Positions 37,415-53,110 of a stretch of DNA of 64,000 bases are shown here, in pieces. Numbering within the stretch: position 1 is the stretch's first letter; each line of letters opens with the position of its first letter. The stretch lies in assembly GCA_964016885.1 (NCBI GenBank), contig OZ024749.1, positions 6,758,001 to 6,822,000 on the forward strand, given 5' to 3'. A program made the position numbers and the translations under genes. The notes under the pieces were generated by a model. The model was not told where the DNA came from. It saw only the letters and a program-made list of their open reading frames with translations, and made no database searches. This DNA is from Eledone cirrhosa (taxonomy: Eukaryota).

Positions 37415-37863
37415 AATTTTGATACCAGGAGAATATCTGTGATCTTGATTGTACGACAAGAGTTGGTCGCTGTTAATCACATTAAACTGACCAGAGTGAG
37501 ATACAACTTGAATAAAAATATTTTCCGATTGAAGTCTTGAAAACCACTTCTGGAATACATGTTCTATAACAGCATCCTCTCTACAGACAGCACACATGTT
37601 TCTGCAAGATTCTGCTACTTTTTTTACCATTTTTGAAATAAAAAAGCATGAAGTGTTGATAATGTTCATTTTTGATTTCCAATTTGAAGATTAAGATAAA
37701 TTCACAAAATACATCAAATCTTGTCGGAGTTTCGCTACCAACTACTTTGAAGTATCAAGTATCTAATGAGTGCATATTAAGAAGGAAAAAAGTAAAGTTA
37801 GCAACTACGAGAGTTCCTGAAGTTTAGTGTTGGCTAAAACCGAATGGACTGTTTGGCCAACCC
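37415..37863 (-). mobile_element. Mariner 5' fragment with TIR
   Basis: TA|GGGTTGGCCAAAC terminus on the - strand; decayed HTH ESCRNMCAVCREDAV...QKWFSRL. Confidence 0.55.
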
Positions 37864-38038
37864 TATATATATCATCATCATCGTTTAACTTCTATCTTCC
37901 ACGCCAGCATGGGTATAGACAGGAATTGTCCCACTTGAGGCAAGATTGGTCGAGTGACCGTGTCTCGCTCGTATAGGACTGTTTGGCAGGTTCTCTATGG
38001 ATGGATGGATGCCCTTCCTAACACCAACCACATTTACA

Positions 38039-38099
<61 letters not shown>

Positions 38100-38102
<3 letters not shown>

Positions 38103-40475
38103 CCCACAGCATAGGTTAGTTGTTAGTGATATCTCAGTAAGCAAGAGATGGAATGAGACATATAGGAAGGTGTGGAGAAGAAAGGTCTGGAAGCTAAAAG
38201 ACCTTTCACTAAAATTCAAATTTAGGAAAGCCCTTCAAGATGTATATGACGAAAAAGAAGACGATTTAGAGACGTATGACATAGATAATAACTGGAAGTT
38301 CTTACGTGACAACTTGCTGAAGGCTACTGATGAAACCTGTGGCTGGAGCAGAGCTCCAACCAGACAGAGAGTGACCTGGTGGTGGAACAGCAGTGTAGAT
38401 AAGGCTATTAGAGACAAAAGACTAGCATGGAAGGCTTGGAATAAGGGTGGGAGTAGGGAAGAATATACAGCCACTAAGAGAGAAGCTAGACGTCAGGTGT
38501 ACTTAGCACGCAGGGAGGCAGAGAGTAGGAGGTTTGCCAATGTTCTGCGATGGGAAGATCAGAGGCGTGCGGTGTTCCACATTGCAAGGCAGTGTGTCAA
38601 TGCAAATCAGGATGTTGTTGGTGATAAATGTGTCCGGGATGATGCCGGTGTACTTAGTGTCACGAATGACCAGAAAAAGGAGGCCTGGAAATGTCATTAT
38701 GAGAGACTGATGAATGTGGAGAACGAATGGGAGAGAGAGAAATTACCCTTGGTAGATCCGACAGAGGGACCAGCTATTGAGATTGACGAATATAGGGTCC
38801 AAGAGGCGATTAGGGAAATGAAAAATGGTAAGGCGGCCGGACCATCGGGAATAGTTGCTGAGATGCTGAAGGCATCAGGGGACGTAGGCACTAAACTGGT
38901 TGCACGCATAATCAATCAGGCTATATATGGTGGTGTCATACCCAAAGACTGGTGCAGCAGTATTCTCATAAATTGCTACAAAGGTAAAGGGGATGCTTTG
39001 GAGAGGAGCAATTATAGGGGTATAAAACTGATAGATCAGGTTATGAAAGTGGCAGAAAGGATTTTAGCACAACTAATTAGAGAAAGGGTCAAACTAGATG
39101 AGATGCAGTTTGGTTTTGTGCCTGGGAAGAGTACAACAGATGCCCTCTTCTTGGTGAGACAAATGCAAGAGAGGTTCTTAGAGAAGAATAAGCCACTATA
39201 CTTAGCCTTTGTTGACCTAGAGAAGGCCTTCGATAGGGTACCCCGATCTGTCATCTGGTGGTCCCTAAGGAAGCTGGGTGTTGAGGAATGGCTTGTAAGG
39301 ACAGTGCAAACTTTGTACAGAGGTACTCTCAGTAAAGTCAGGGTAGGAATGGAGTTTAGTGAGGAATTCCAGATACAAGTAGGAGTACATCAGGGTTCGG
39401 TCCTCAGCCCGCTCTTGTTCATTATAGTCCTCCAAGCCATAACAGAGGAGTTTAAGACTGGCTGTCCATGGGAACTTCTCTATGCTGACGATCTGGCTCT
39501 TATGGCAGAATCAGTAGAGGAGCTAGAGAATAAATTCCGGCTATGGAAACAGCAGTTGGAAGCAAGAGGACTGAGAGTAAATCTAGCTAAGACAAAAGTG
39601 TTGATGAGTAGAAAAGAGGACAAAACCCTGATTCCATCAGGGAAATGGCCATGTTCGATATGCAGAAAAGGAACTGGCATAAATTCTATAAAATGCACAC
39701 AATGTAGGTCCTGGGTACACAAGAGATGTAGCGGGATAGCAGGCAAACTAACAGGTAGGGAGAAATATGTATGCAGTAGATGTACAGGGAAATTAGACAG
39801 TAGAAGTCGCACTGATAGACACATTTTTCAAATGCGAGAGGGCGCTATAGAAGTGGTGGATAGCTTCCGGTACCTAGGAGATCAGATTAGCATGGGAGGA
39901 GGGTGTTCCGAGGCCATAGTATCTAGAATAAGGACGGGTTGGAAGAAGTTTAGGGAGCTGCTTCCTCTGTTGACGAAGAAGGGCTTCTCCCTGCGTACGA
40001 AAGGCCGGTTGTATGATGCCTGTGTGAGGAGCGCGATGCTGCATGGTAGTGAGACATGGGCAGCTACCGCAGAAGATATGCGACGGCTGTAGAGAAATGA
40101 GGCAAGCATGCTCCGTTGGATGTGCAGTGTAAATGTGCGTGAACGACCCAGCATAAATGTGTTGAGAGAGAAACTGTGTCTGAGAGGGATAGAATGTAGT
40201 GTACGGGAGAGGAGACTGAGGTGGTATGGACATGTGATGCGCATGGAGTATGACCGATGGGTGAAGAAGTGCCAGGAAATGCCAGTTGAAGGAAGACGTG
40301 GTAGAGGTAGACCACGAAAAACATGGGCGGAGGTGGTGAGAACAGACCTCAGATCATTGAAGCTCACGGTGGAGATGACGAGGGACCGTGACGAGTGGAG
40401 AGATGCTGTGCTGAATAAGACCCGTCCCACCCTTGCAAGCAGGGAAAAGCGGACATAAAATGATGATGATGATGA
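38100..40475 (+). mobile_element. 5'-truncated RTE-type LINE family 1 (RT with PHD finger), one nonsense codon
   Basis: Motifs NYRGIKL, QFGF, FVDLEKAFD, GVHQGSVLSP, YADD (39481) and FRYLG. TAG at 40090 is followed by in-frame continuation to 40458, then a (GAT)n tail. The ORF-track start at 37954 runs through unrelated repeat. Confidence 0.95.
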
Positions 40476-40529
40476 TATATATAAATATATATATCAATGG
40501 AAATATCATCATTTTAGGTTTGGTTTGCA

Positions 40530-41915
40530 CAGAGAGAGGAGGAAGAGGGAAGGAAGGAGAGAGAGGAAGGGTAAGGGGAGGGAAGGAGAGAGGGTAAGGG
40601 TAAGGGGAGGGAAGGAGAGAGGGTAAGGGTAAGGGGAGGGAAGGAGAGAGGGGAAGGGTAAGGGGAGGGAAGGAGGGGGAAGGGTAAGGGGAGGGAAGGA
40701 GAGAGAAGGGAGGAAAAGAGAGGGAGAGAGAAAGACAAAAAAGATGTTATATAGTGAGGTAGAGGGTCAAAGGTTGTATATATATATATTGATAGTATAT
40801 ATATATGGTGGTGGTGGTGTGAGGGTGGTGGTGGTGTGAGGGTGGTGGTGGTGTGAGGGTGGTGGTGGTGTGAGGGTGGTGGTGGTGTGAGGGTGGTGGT
40901 GGTGGTGTGAGGGTGGTGGCGGTGGTATGAGGGTGGTGGTGATGATGACAGTGGCGGTGGTGTGAGGATGGTGTTGGTGGTGGTGGTGGTGGTGTTGGTG
41001 GTGGTGGTGGTGGTTTGAGGAGGGTGATGGTGGTGGTGGTGGTTGAGGATGGTAGTGGTGGTGATGACAGTAGTGGTGGTGGTGTGAGGATGGTGGTGGT
41101 GTGAGGATGGTGTTGGTGGTGGCGATGGTTGAGGTGGTAACGATGACATGAGTGATAATGTTGATAACGATGACGGTGACAATGGTATTGGTGTTGATGA
41201 TGATGATGATGACAATAACAATGTGAATGAGTTGGAGATGGTTAGGATGGTGATGATGTGATGGTGGGAAGGATAGTGATGATGGTGATGATGGTGGATG
41301 GTGATGTGGTGATGGTGATGTGGTGATGATGGGGATGGTGATGGTGATGACAATAATCATGATTATGGTTGTATAATGACTATAATCACGATGGTTTGAT
41401 GACAATGATGATGATGATATCGATGACAATGTTGATGTCAATGACACTTCTACTGCAGCTGCTGCTGCTGATCAACACCGCCACCACTATACCACCACCA
41501 TCACCACCACCACCATATCATCGCCACCACCACCACCATACCGTCGCCACCACCACTCCCCCCCCCCCCCACCACCACTATACCACCACCACCACCACCA
41601 TCACCACCACCACCACCACACCATCGCCAACACCACCACCACACCAAACCACCAACACCACCACCACTCCCCCACCACCATACCACCACCACCACCACCA
41701 CCATCACCACCATCACCACCACCACCACCACACCATCGCCAACACCACACCACACCAAACCACCAACACCACTCCCCCACCACCATACCACCACCACCAT
41801 ACCACCACCACCACCACCACCATACCACCACCACCACCACCACCATACCACCGCCACCACTATACCCCCTCACCACCACCACCACCATACCACCACCGCC
41901 ACCATACCATCACTA
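40530..41915. repeat. Purine/G-rich tract followed by (GGT/GAT)n and then (ACC)n tracts
   Basis: Direct reading. Confidence 0.85.
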
Positions 41916-42404
41916 TTCTGTTAGTAAACCTAATCTTAATTACACCTATTGTCTGTTATTACATTGATCATGAAAAACTATTATTTTTTTTCTTCTGATT
42001 CAAGAATTCTGAAAAATATTACTCTTTATCTCAACATTTGCAAATATCCGCTCTTCCATTTGTTCTAGTGGCAGTTTACTTTTCATTTTCCAATTTCATA
42101 ATATTTGCTGCATGCAATTATTCTTATTTAAAGTTTAAAACATAAAAAGAAATAAAATAAAATAAAAGAAATAAATTTAAAAAAAAATGTTTTTAAAGTT
42201 TAAAAAATGAAAAACAAAACAAAGAAAGAGATAAAGAGATAGAAGCCATATGAGATGTGAACTTTTCTAAATAAAATGTTGCTCATATGAAAAAATAAAC
42301 TATCTTGTTAACATTGTAAGTAGATTTAACTATACATAGGCATACACGTATAATCACATACAAAAATACACCAGGTGTTCTATATAAAGAGGTAGCCATG
42401 ATAA

Positions 42405-44355
42405 GATGTTGGTGCCATGATAAGATGCACCCAGTACACTCTGTAAAGCGGTAGTGTTGGTGCCATGATAAAATAGACCCAGTACACTCTGTAAAGTGGT
42501 AGTGTTGGTGCCATGATAAAATAGACCCAGTACACTCTGTAAAGTGGTAGTGTTGGTGCCATGATAAAATACATCCAGTACACTCTGTAAAGTGGTAGTG
42601 TTGGTGCCATGATAAAATACATCCAGTACACTCTGTAAAGTCGTAGTGATGGTGCCATGATAAAATACACTCAGTACACTCTGTAAAGTGGTAGTGTTGG
42701 TGCCATGATAAAATACACCCAGGACACTCTGTAAAGTGGTAGTGTTGGTGCCATGATAAAATAGACCCAGTACACTCTGTAAAGTGGTAGTGTTGGTGCC
42801 ATGATAAATACACCCAGGACACCCTATAAAGTGGTAGTGTTGGTGCCATGATAAAATACACCCAGTACACTCTGTAAAGTGGTAGTGTTGGTGCCATGAT
42901 AAAATAGACCCAGTACATTCTGTAAAGTGGTAGTGTTGGTGCCATGATAAATACACCCAGGACACCCTATAAAGTGGTAGTGTTGGTGCCATGATATAAT
43001 ACACCCAGTACACTCTGTAAAGTGGTAGTGTTGGTGCCATGATAAAATACACCCAGTACACTCTGTAAAGTGGTAGTGTTGGTGCCATGATAAAATACAC
43101 CCAGGACACTCTATAAAGTGGTAGTGTTGGTGCCATGATAAAATACACCCAGTACACTCTGTAAGGTGGTAGTGATGGTGTCATGATAAAATACACCCAG
43201 TACACTCTGTAAAGTGGTAGTGAGGGTGCCATGATAAAATACACCCAGGACACTCTATAAAGTGGTAGTGTTGGTGCCATGATAAAATACACCCAGTACA
43301 CTCTATAAAGTGGTAGTGAGGGTGCCATGATAAAATACACCCAGGACACTCTATAAAGTGGTAGTGTTGGTGCCATGATAAAATACACCCAGTACACTCT
43401 ATAAAGTGGTAGTGAGGGTGCCATGATAAAATACACCCAGGACACTCTATAAAGTGGTAGTGAGGGTGCCATGATAAAATACACCCAGGACACTCTGTAA
43501 AGTGGTAGTGTTGGTGCCATGATAAAATACACCCAGGACACTCTATAAAGTGGTAGTGTTGGTGCCATGATAAAATACATCCAGTACACTCTGTAAAGTG
43601 GTAGTGTTGGTGCCATGATAAAATACACCCAGGACACTCTATAAAGTGGTAGTGAGGGTGCCATGATAAAATACACCCAGGACACTCTGTAAAGTGGTAG
43701 TGTTGGTGCCATGATAAAATACACCCAGTACACTCTATAAAGTGATAGTGTTGGTGCCATGATAAAATACACCCAGGACACTCTATAAAGTGGTAGTGAG
43801 GGTGCCATGATAAAATACACCCAGGACACTCTATAAAGTGGTAGTGTTGGTGCCATGATAAAATACACTCAGTACACTCTGTAAAGTGGTAGTGTTGGTG
43901 CCATGATAAAATAGACCCAGTACATTCTGTAAAGTGGTAGTGTTGGTGCCATGATAAAATACACCCAGTACACTCTGTAAAGTGGTAGTGTTGGTGCCAT
44001 GATAAAATACATCCAGTACACTCTGTAAAGTGGTAGTGTTGGTGCCATGATAAAATACACCCAGTACACTCTGTAAAGTGGTAGTGTTGGTGCCATGATA
44101 AAATACATCCAGTACACTCTGTAAAGTGGTAGTGAGGGTGCCATGATAAAATACACCCAGTACACTCTGTAAAGTGGTAGTGTTGGTGCCATAATAAAAT
44201 ACATCCAGTACACTCTGTAAAGTGGTAGTGATGGTGTTTCAATAAAATGCACCCAGTAGATTCTGTAAAGTGTTAGTACTGGTGTAAAATACATGTAGAA
44301 TGTTATAAAATGTTAGTGCAGGTGTCATGGTAAAATGCACCCAGTACATTCTGTA
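42405..44355 (+). repeat. 48-bp minisatellite (~40 units), SINE-module derived
   Basis: Unit ccatgataaaatacacccagtacactctgtaaagtggtagtgttggtg; followed by decayed gttaagaaggataaccaactgtagaaac SINE sequence. Confidence 0.95.
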
Positions 44356-44753
44356 CAATTTTAGTGCTGTACATACTGTCCAGTAGTTGTCGTTAAGAAG
44401 GATAACCAACTGTAGAAACTATATGTAAGATGGTAGATATGAGCAGGATGTGGTCCCACGATCTGTTTTGTCTCAGACCGTGCTAACCTGGGTAACCAAA
44501 GCCAGTATGGGAAACAAATGTAAATTGCTGGGTAATTTGAAATTCTTTAGAAATTGTAGGAATGCCAAATGAGAAAATAACTGTAACAACAGTAGACTGC
44601 TTGAAATAATAGCTTAGAAAATCAGATAAAATGGCCTAATAATGTATCTGTTGAATTCTAACCAAGTGGTTTAACCATTGAATGAAGGGCATTCCAGACA
44701 CAGGTTTCCTCTGAGTAACATAACTATAGTGAATATCTTAGAAGTAATTAAAA

Positions 44754-44975
44754 CTTTAACATTTAAACTGGATGAATCTGGCCAGAATTATTTCCCCTTT
44801 TTGAAACCAGCTGTAACTAGCAGCTCACACCGATGTTAAGATATTGTTCTTAAAATAAACAATAGCATCATGAAAATCTCATAGACTCGAGATTATGTGA
44901 GATAATTGTGTGAGATCAAGTCTTTACCATGAATATACAATAGTAAATACAGAGTAATGTAAGTGGTAAAGGTTT
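44754..44975. mobile_element. Decayed TTAA-type MITE
   Basis: Body matches 192-402. Confidence 0.6.
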
Positions 44976-45799
44976 GAAACCATTTATACAAATATCAAAG
45001 TGTATTGTAATTTGGATATCTTTAGGAAATGTAGACATAAGAGGTGCAGAAGATAACTAACAACAGTCAGTCATTATATTTAATGGCTTTGAAAATCAGG
45101 TAAAATCCAGGACTGGAAGCAATTAGCGAGGAAGAGGAACACCTGGATATAATAGCACACTGGAGTGAAGAACATAATTGAGGCCATCGAGAATAGGCAA
45201 CAGATGGGCTGACCACATCTCTTACCTCACAGGCAAAAGGTGGGCTATTAGGATGATAAAGTGGACACTAAGGCAGTGGAGAAGATAACTGAGATCATCA
45301 AGCTGGGCTGGCGACATCTCTCATTTCACAGACAAATGGTGGACTATATGCATAACAGAGTGGACACCAAGGTAGTGGAAAAGAACCAAAGGCCAACCAA
45401 AGGTAAGATGGTGCAACAATCTGACCCACAACATTGGCACCACGCAGCCTCGTATGGTCAAAGATGGGAAGCAGAAGAGATCAGCCAGGGAGGGATTACT
45501 ACAAAGGGGGTGAGAATAATTTGTATTTCGATTGAACATTTCAAAACTTAACTTAATGGTTTAGAACACTCAGCTGGAATTTGAGCAGTACATTGTTTGT
45601 TTCTTCAGAGTAGTCAGAACAATGGTTGGCCACTTTTCCTGTCTATAGGGGTATTTTACCCAACTTTGTTAAAGCTTATTATTTTACAGCAATCAGTTGT
45701 GGTTACACTCATTTTCTGAATTTGAGATTTATACATTTTTCTTTGAATATATATATCTGTGTATGTGTGTGTGTGTGTGTGTATATATATATCTATCTA

Positions 45800-46980
45800 A
45801 GGCGGGTAAAATTCCCGAGATCCATGGACGAGTTCTCTCCAGCGATCTCTGTCCCTCATTATTGCTGCCATGTCCTGCGTCTCCAACAGACCGGTGTCTG
45901 TCCTTACGGCATCAACATACGTTAACCTTGGTCTTCCTCTTCTAGTGTGTCCATGTAGGGGCTCCACAGGAGCAGTGAGTGCAATGTCAACTCAGGATGT
46001 CGGTGAGCATGTCCAGCTAACCTCAATCTCCTCTGTGTCACTTTTGAGCTGACTTTTGGGATGCTCCAAAACAGCTCTGAGTTTTTCATCCTCAGTGTAT
46101 ACTGATTAATGTTCAGAGCCATCCTCAGCATTCTCGTGTAGCACCCATCCACCACCTGAGTGAGTTTCTTGGTCAGTGTTCAAGTCTTAGACCCGTACAG
46201 CAGCACAGACTCCACTACAACAATAAAGAGGCGGACTTTCAGGCCTTCACGAAGGTCCGACTTCCACACTGATCTCAAGCTGTGGCACGCTGCCCAGGCC
46301 TTGCTCTTCCTCTCAACCATATCATCTTCCATATTCCCAATATTTGCTCCCAAATACAGGAAGCCCTCAACCAATTCTAGCGGCTTCCCGCCTACATTAG
46401 TGATCCCCTCTGGCTTCTCAACATTCTCTACCAGATATTTTGTTTTAGTCTCATTCATTCTCAGCCCCACACTCATCGACACAGTCTCAACCTCCCGCAT
46501 CAAATCCTCTGCATCCTTCACTGTATTTGTCACCAAAACTATGTTGTTGGCAAATTCAGCATCTGATACCTTTTTCGCCTTAACTCTCCTGCTCTGAGCC
46601 GGTGCTACAGTAAAGCCAGAGTCCTGGTGTTTCTCCAGTGTAAGGCCATACAATAGTCCACTACGATGATAAAAAGGTAGGGAGCCAATGTATCTCCCTG
46701 GAGCACTCCAGCCAGTATCTCAAAGAACTCTGTCATCCAATAAAGTGTAATGACTTGGGCTTTGGTGTTGGTGTAGAGCAGTGATATCAGGTCCACTATC
46801 CTCTTTGGGATTCCATAAGCCTGTAACATCTTCATCAGGCAGTGACGGACCACAGAATCAAAGGCCTTCCTAAAGTCAATGAAAACCATGACCGCAGGAA
46901 GGCACTTTGCTCTAGCTCCCTCTAATATCCTCCTCAGCATCAGGATGTGACTGGTGGTTGATCTTCCCTTTCTGAAGCCA

Positions 46981-46985
<5 letters not shown>
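45800..46985 (-). pseudogene. Frameshifted non-LTR RT of a third RTE-like family
   Basis: [52 protein letters not shown] and RLRLAGH. Confidence 0.85.
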
Positions 46986-47055
<70 letters not shown>

Positions 47056-47116
47056 ATATGTATATATATATATGTGTGTGTGTGAATATGTGTGTGTATA
47101 TATATATATATATATA

Positions 47117-47504
47117 TCATCATCATCATTTTACATCCGCTTTTCCCTGCTAGCAAGGGTGGGACGGGAACTGATTCTGGCTTCATTTCTACAGCTGGAT
47201 GCCCTTCCTAACACCAACCTCATTTACAGTGAGTGCTGGGTGCTTTCTTTTTTCCGTGGTGCCTACACGTCCGCTTTATAATGTGGGCTGGGTGCTTTTT
47301 TGCCGTGGCACCTACACGACCACTCTGCAGTGGAATGATATGGACTCCAGCCCCTATCATCTCATTTCTACAGCTGAGTAAACTGGAGCAATGTGAAATA
47401 AAGTGTCTTGCTCAAGGAAAAAACACATCACCCAGTCTGAGAATTGAACTCACAGCCTTTTGATTGCAAGCCCAATGCTCTAACCACTAAGCCATGCACC
47501 TCCA
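47117..47504 (-). mobile_element. SINE family A
   Basis: Full head, duplicated internal module and RTE tail. Confidence 0.85.
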
Positions 47505-47550
47505 TTATCATTATTATTATCATTATTATTATTATAAATATTTATAAAAG

Positions 47551-47752
47551 GGCAGTGGATTGGCAGTATTGGTAGACGGTTGGACACCATGCTTTGCAGC
47601 ATAGAGTTACAGCCCTTGCCATTCTTAGTTCAAATCCCGCCGAGGTTAACTTTGCCTTTCATCCTTATGGGGTCGATAAAATAAGGTACCAGTAATACAC
47701 TAGGATAATTGCTGGCCTTGTGCCAAAAGTAGAAACAATTATTGTTATTATA
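47551..47752 (+). mobile_element. SINE family C (tRNA-like A/B boxes, (ATT)n tail)
   Basis: TGGCAGTATTGG...AGTTCAAATCC. Further copies at 26530-26740(-), 58445-58715, 59706-59878 and 61640-61812. Confidence 0.75.
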
Positions 47753-47919
47753 AATTGAGGTATACACACGTGTTTCTGTGTGCGTGCATGTGCATACATA
47801 TTTAAATATACATGTAGGCCACACGTGTGTGTATATAAAGTTAGGCAGACACATAAGTGAGTGTGTTTCTGTGTGTATGTGTGTACATAATTTTCGACAC
47901 AAATATATGTGTGTTTGTG

Positions 47920-47969
47920 TGTCTATATATACACATATATATTGAGATAAACACATAATTGAGTGTGTT

Positions 47970-48009
<40 letters not shown>

Positions 48010-48034
48010 CAATGAGCTACACACGTGGGTATTA

Positions 48035-48093
<59 letters not shown>

Positions 48094-49481
48094 CAATGAG
48101 CTACACACATGTGGGTGTATGTGTGTCTATATATATATATATATATATAGACACACATACAATGAGCTACACACATATGTGTTTGTGTGTATATATATAT
48201 ATATACATTGAGTTACACACACATATGTGAATGTGTGTTTGTGTGTGTATATACACACATATACATTGAGCTACACACATGTGTGAGTGTTTATGTGTGT
48301 GTATATATGTAGTTTTACCTATATAACCTCCACTAAACATGTGTGTGTGTGTTTGGGTGTATATATACACATTAAATTAGCTAAAAACATGAGAGAGAGT
48401 GTGTATATATGAGAGAGAGTGTGTATATATGAGAGAGAGTGTGTATATATGAGAGAGAATGTGTATATAGGAGAGAGTGTGTGTATAAGAGTGTGTGTAT
48501 ATATGAGAGAGAGTGTATATGAGAGAGAGTGGGTATATATGAGAGTGTGTGTATATATGAGAGTGTGTGTGTATGAGAAAGTGTGTATATATGAGAAAGT
48601 GTGTGTGTATAAGAGAGAGAGTGTGTATATATGTAGTTCTACCTATATAACTTCCACTAAACACACACATGTGTATATATATGAGAGAGTGTATATATAT
48701 ATATATGAGTGTATATATATATATATGAGAGAGTGTATATATATATATATATGAGAGAGTGTATATATATATATATGAGAGAGTGTATATATATATATAT
48801 GAGAGAGTGTATATATATATATATATATATATGAGAGAGTGTATATATGTAGTTCTAACTATATAACCTCCACTAAACACACATGTGTGTATATATATGA
48901 GAGAGTGTATATATATATATATATGAGAGAGTGTATATATATATATATATATATATGAGAGAGTGTATATATGTAGTTCTAACTATATAACCTCCACTAA
49001 ACACACATGTGTGTATATATATATATGAGAGACTGTATATATGTAGTTCTACCTATATAACCTCCACTAAACACACACATGTGTATATATATGAGAGAGT
49101 GTATATATATATATATATAAGAGAGAGTGTATATATATATAGTTCTACCTATATAACCTCCACTAAACACACGTGTATATATATGAGAGAGTGTATATAT
49201 ATATATATATATGAGAGAGTGTATATATATATGAGAGAGTGTATATATATATATATGAGAGAGTGTATATATATATATATATATATGAGAGAGTGTATAT
49301 ATATATGAGTGTATATATATATATATGAGAGAGTGTATATATATATATATATATGAGAGAGTGTATATATATATATGAGAGAGTGTGTATATATATATAT
49401 ATATGAGAGAGTGTATATATATGTAGTTCTACCTATATAATCTCCACTAAACACACACATGTGTATATATATGAGAGAGTG

Positions 49482-49553
<72 letters not shown>

Positions 49554-50435
49554 CGTATATCATCATCATCATCATCATCATCAGGTTTAGCGTCCGTGTT
49601 CCACGCTTGCATGGGTTTGGACGGGGGTTTTCCCACTTGAGGCAAGAGTGGTTGTCTTGCTCGCATAGGACTGTCTGGCGGGTTTTCTACAGTTGGATGC
49701 CCTTCCTAACACCAACCACATTTACAGTGTGGGGCTGGGAGGTTTTTACCGTGTTGCCTACACGGCCACATTACAGCGTGGACTGTCTGGCGGGTTTTCT
49801 ACAGCTGGATGCCCTTCCTAACACCAACCACATTTACAGTGTGGGGCTGGGAGGTTTTTACCGTGTTGCCTACACGGCCACATTTACAGCGTGGACTGTG
49901 TGTTTTTTGTCGTGACACCTACACGATCTCATTTGTTTCGGCCTGGATGTTGTGGGACCAACATAACTTTACATTGAAAGGGGCGGTGTGGGTGGGGTGG
50001 AGGTGGTGGGACGGGGGTGTGTTTTGATAGAGATGCCTACTGACTGTAGTAGGTTTTTACTTTGTATTTAGGTAAGGCGGGTCTTCTCTATTACATATAA
50101 GCGAGAGTGTATATATATATATATATAATCTCCACTAAACACACCCACGTGTATATATATATATATATGAGAGAGCGTATATATATATATATATAAGAGA
50201 GAGTGTATATATATATATATATATATAATCTCCACTAAACACACACATGTGTGTATATATATATATAAGAGAGAGTGTATATATATATAATCTCCACTAA
50301 ACACACACGTGTATATATATATATATAAGAGAGAGTGTATATATATATATATATAATCTCCACTAAACACACACATGTGTATATATATATATAAGAGAGA
50401 GTGTATATATATATATAACCTCCTCTAAACACACG
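47920..50435. repeat. Microsatellite-based array with anchor tataa(c/t)ctccactaaacac and (TA)n-GAGAGAGTG subunits
   Basis: The anchor recurs more than 10 times; the array is interrupted by a LINE 3' end. Confidence 0.8.
49560..50095 (-). mobile_element. RTE family 2 3' end with an internal ~110-bp tandem duplication
   Basis: Matches 9135-9540, including the last codons VIEKTRLT*. Confidence 0.85.
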
Positions 50436-50564
50436 TGGAACATAATTAATGTTTCAACAACTCTGCTGAATAATTTTCAATATTTCCCCAAACCTCAGAA
50501 TGACAAATGCAAAATTTATTGCACACTTAAAAATCTGTTGCCAGATCTGTTATCAATATACAGC

Positions 50565-52705
<2,141 letters not shown>

Positions 52706-53110
52706 TTCTACAGACTCTTCAAAGCTTTAGAGTTGTGATGAAAATGACAGTAACATTTTATCTTGAATCAGCAAAACTAAATTTCTTTGATCTTGTGAAC
52801 TGATCTAAAACTTAAAAAAGAAATGGATTTTGTTCTATCACCTTAAATAAATAGCTGAGACGTTATCAAAGAACTATTTCAGAATCTTCTAGTATCAGAA
52901 GTTTGCTTACAATTCATATATTTACATATTTTACATATTCTTATATCTGTCTTCTGCTGCTGTAGTTAAATTGGGGCTAGACCACCAAACTAAAGACTGC
53001 TACTGTCTAAGTTTTACTTTCAAATACATACAGAAAGTTCGTCTGTTAGATGTTAGGAATAAAAATGTGAAATGGGAACTCAAGTCTACTTTGGCCATTT
53101 GGATTGACGC

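Noticed and set aside
37954-38099. N-terminus of the 712-aa ORF
   Set aside because: It is an antisense family 2 UTR fragment plus (TA)n, accidentally in frame with the truncated RTE.
41975-42010. Possible next CCDC39 exon (ILESEEK on the minus strand); also donor-like sites at 13913 and 25469
   Set aside because: In-frame stops or poor acceptors, and no convincing similarity.
42354-44294. Long repetitive ORFs (504 aa, 353 aa), and likewise 26682-27611
   Set aside because: They are translations of 48-bp minisatellites, open in multiple frames.
48300-50435. Constant anchor with variable intervals resembling a CRISPR array
   Set aside because: The intervals are (TA)n/GAGAGAGTG microsatellite, not unique spacers.
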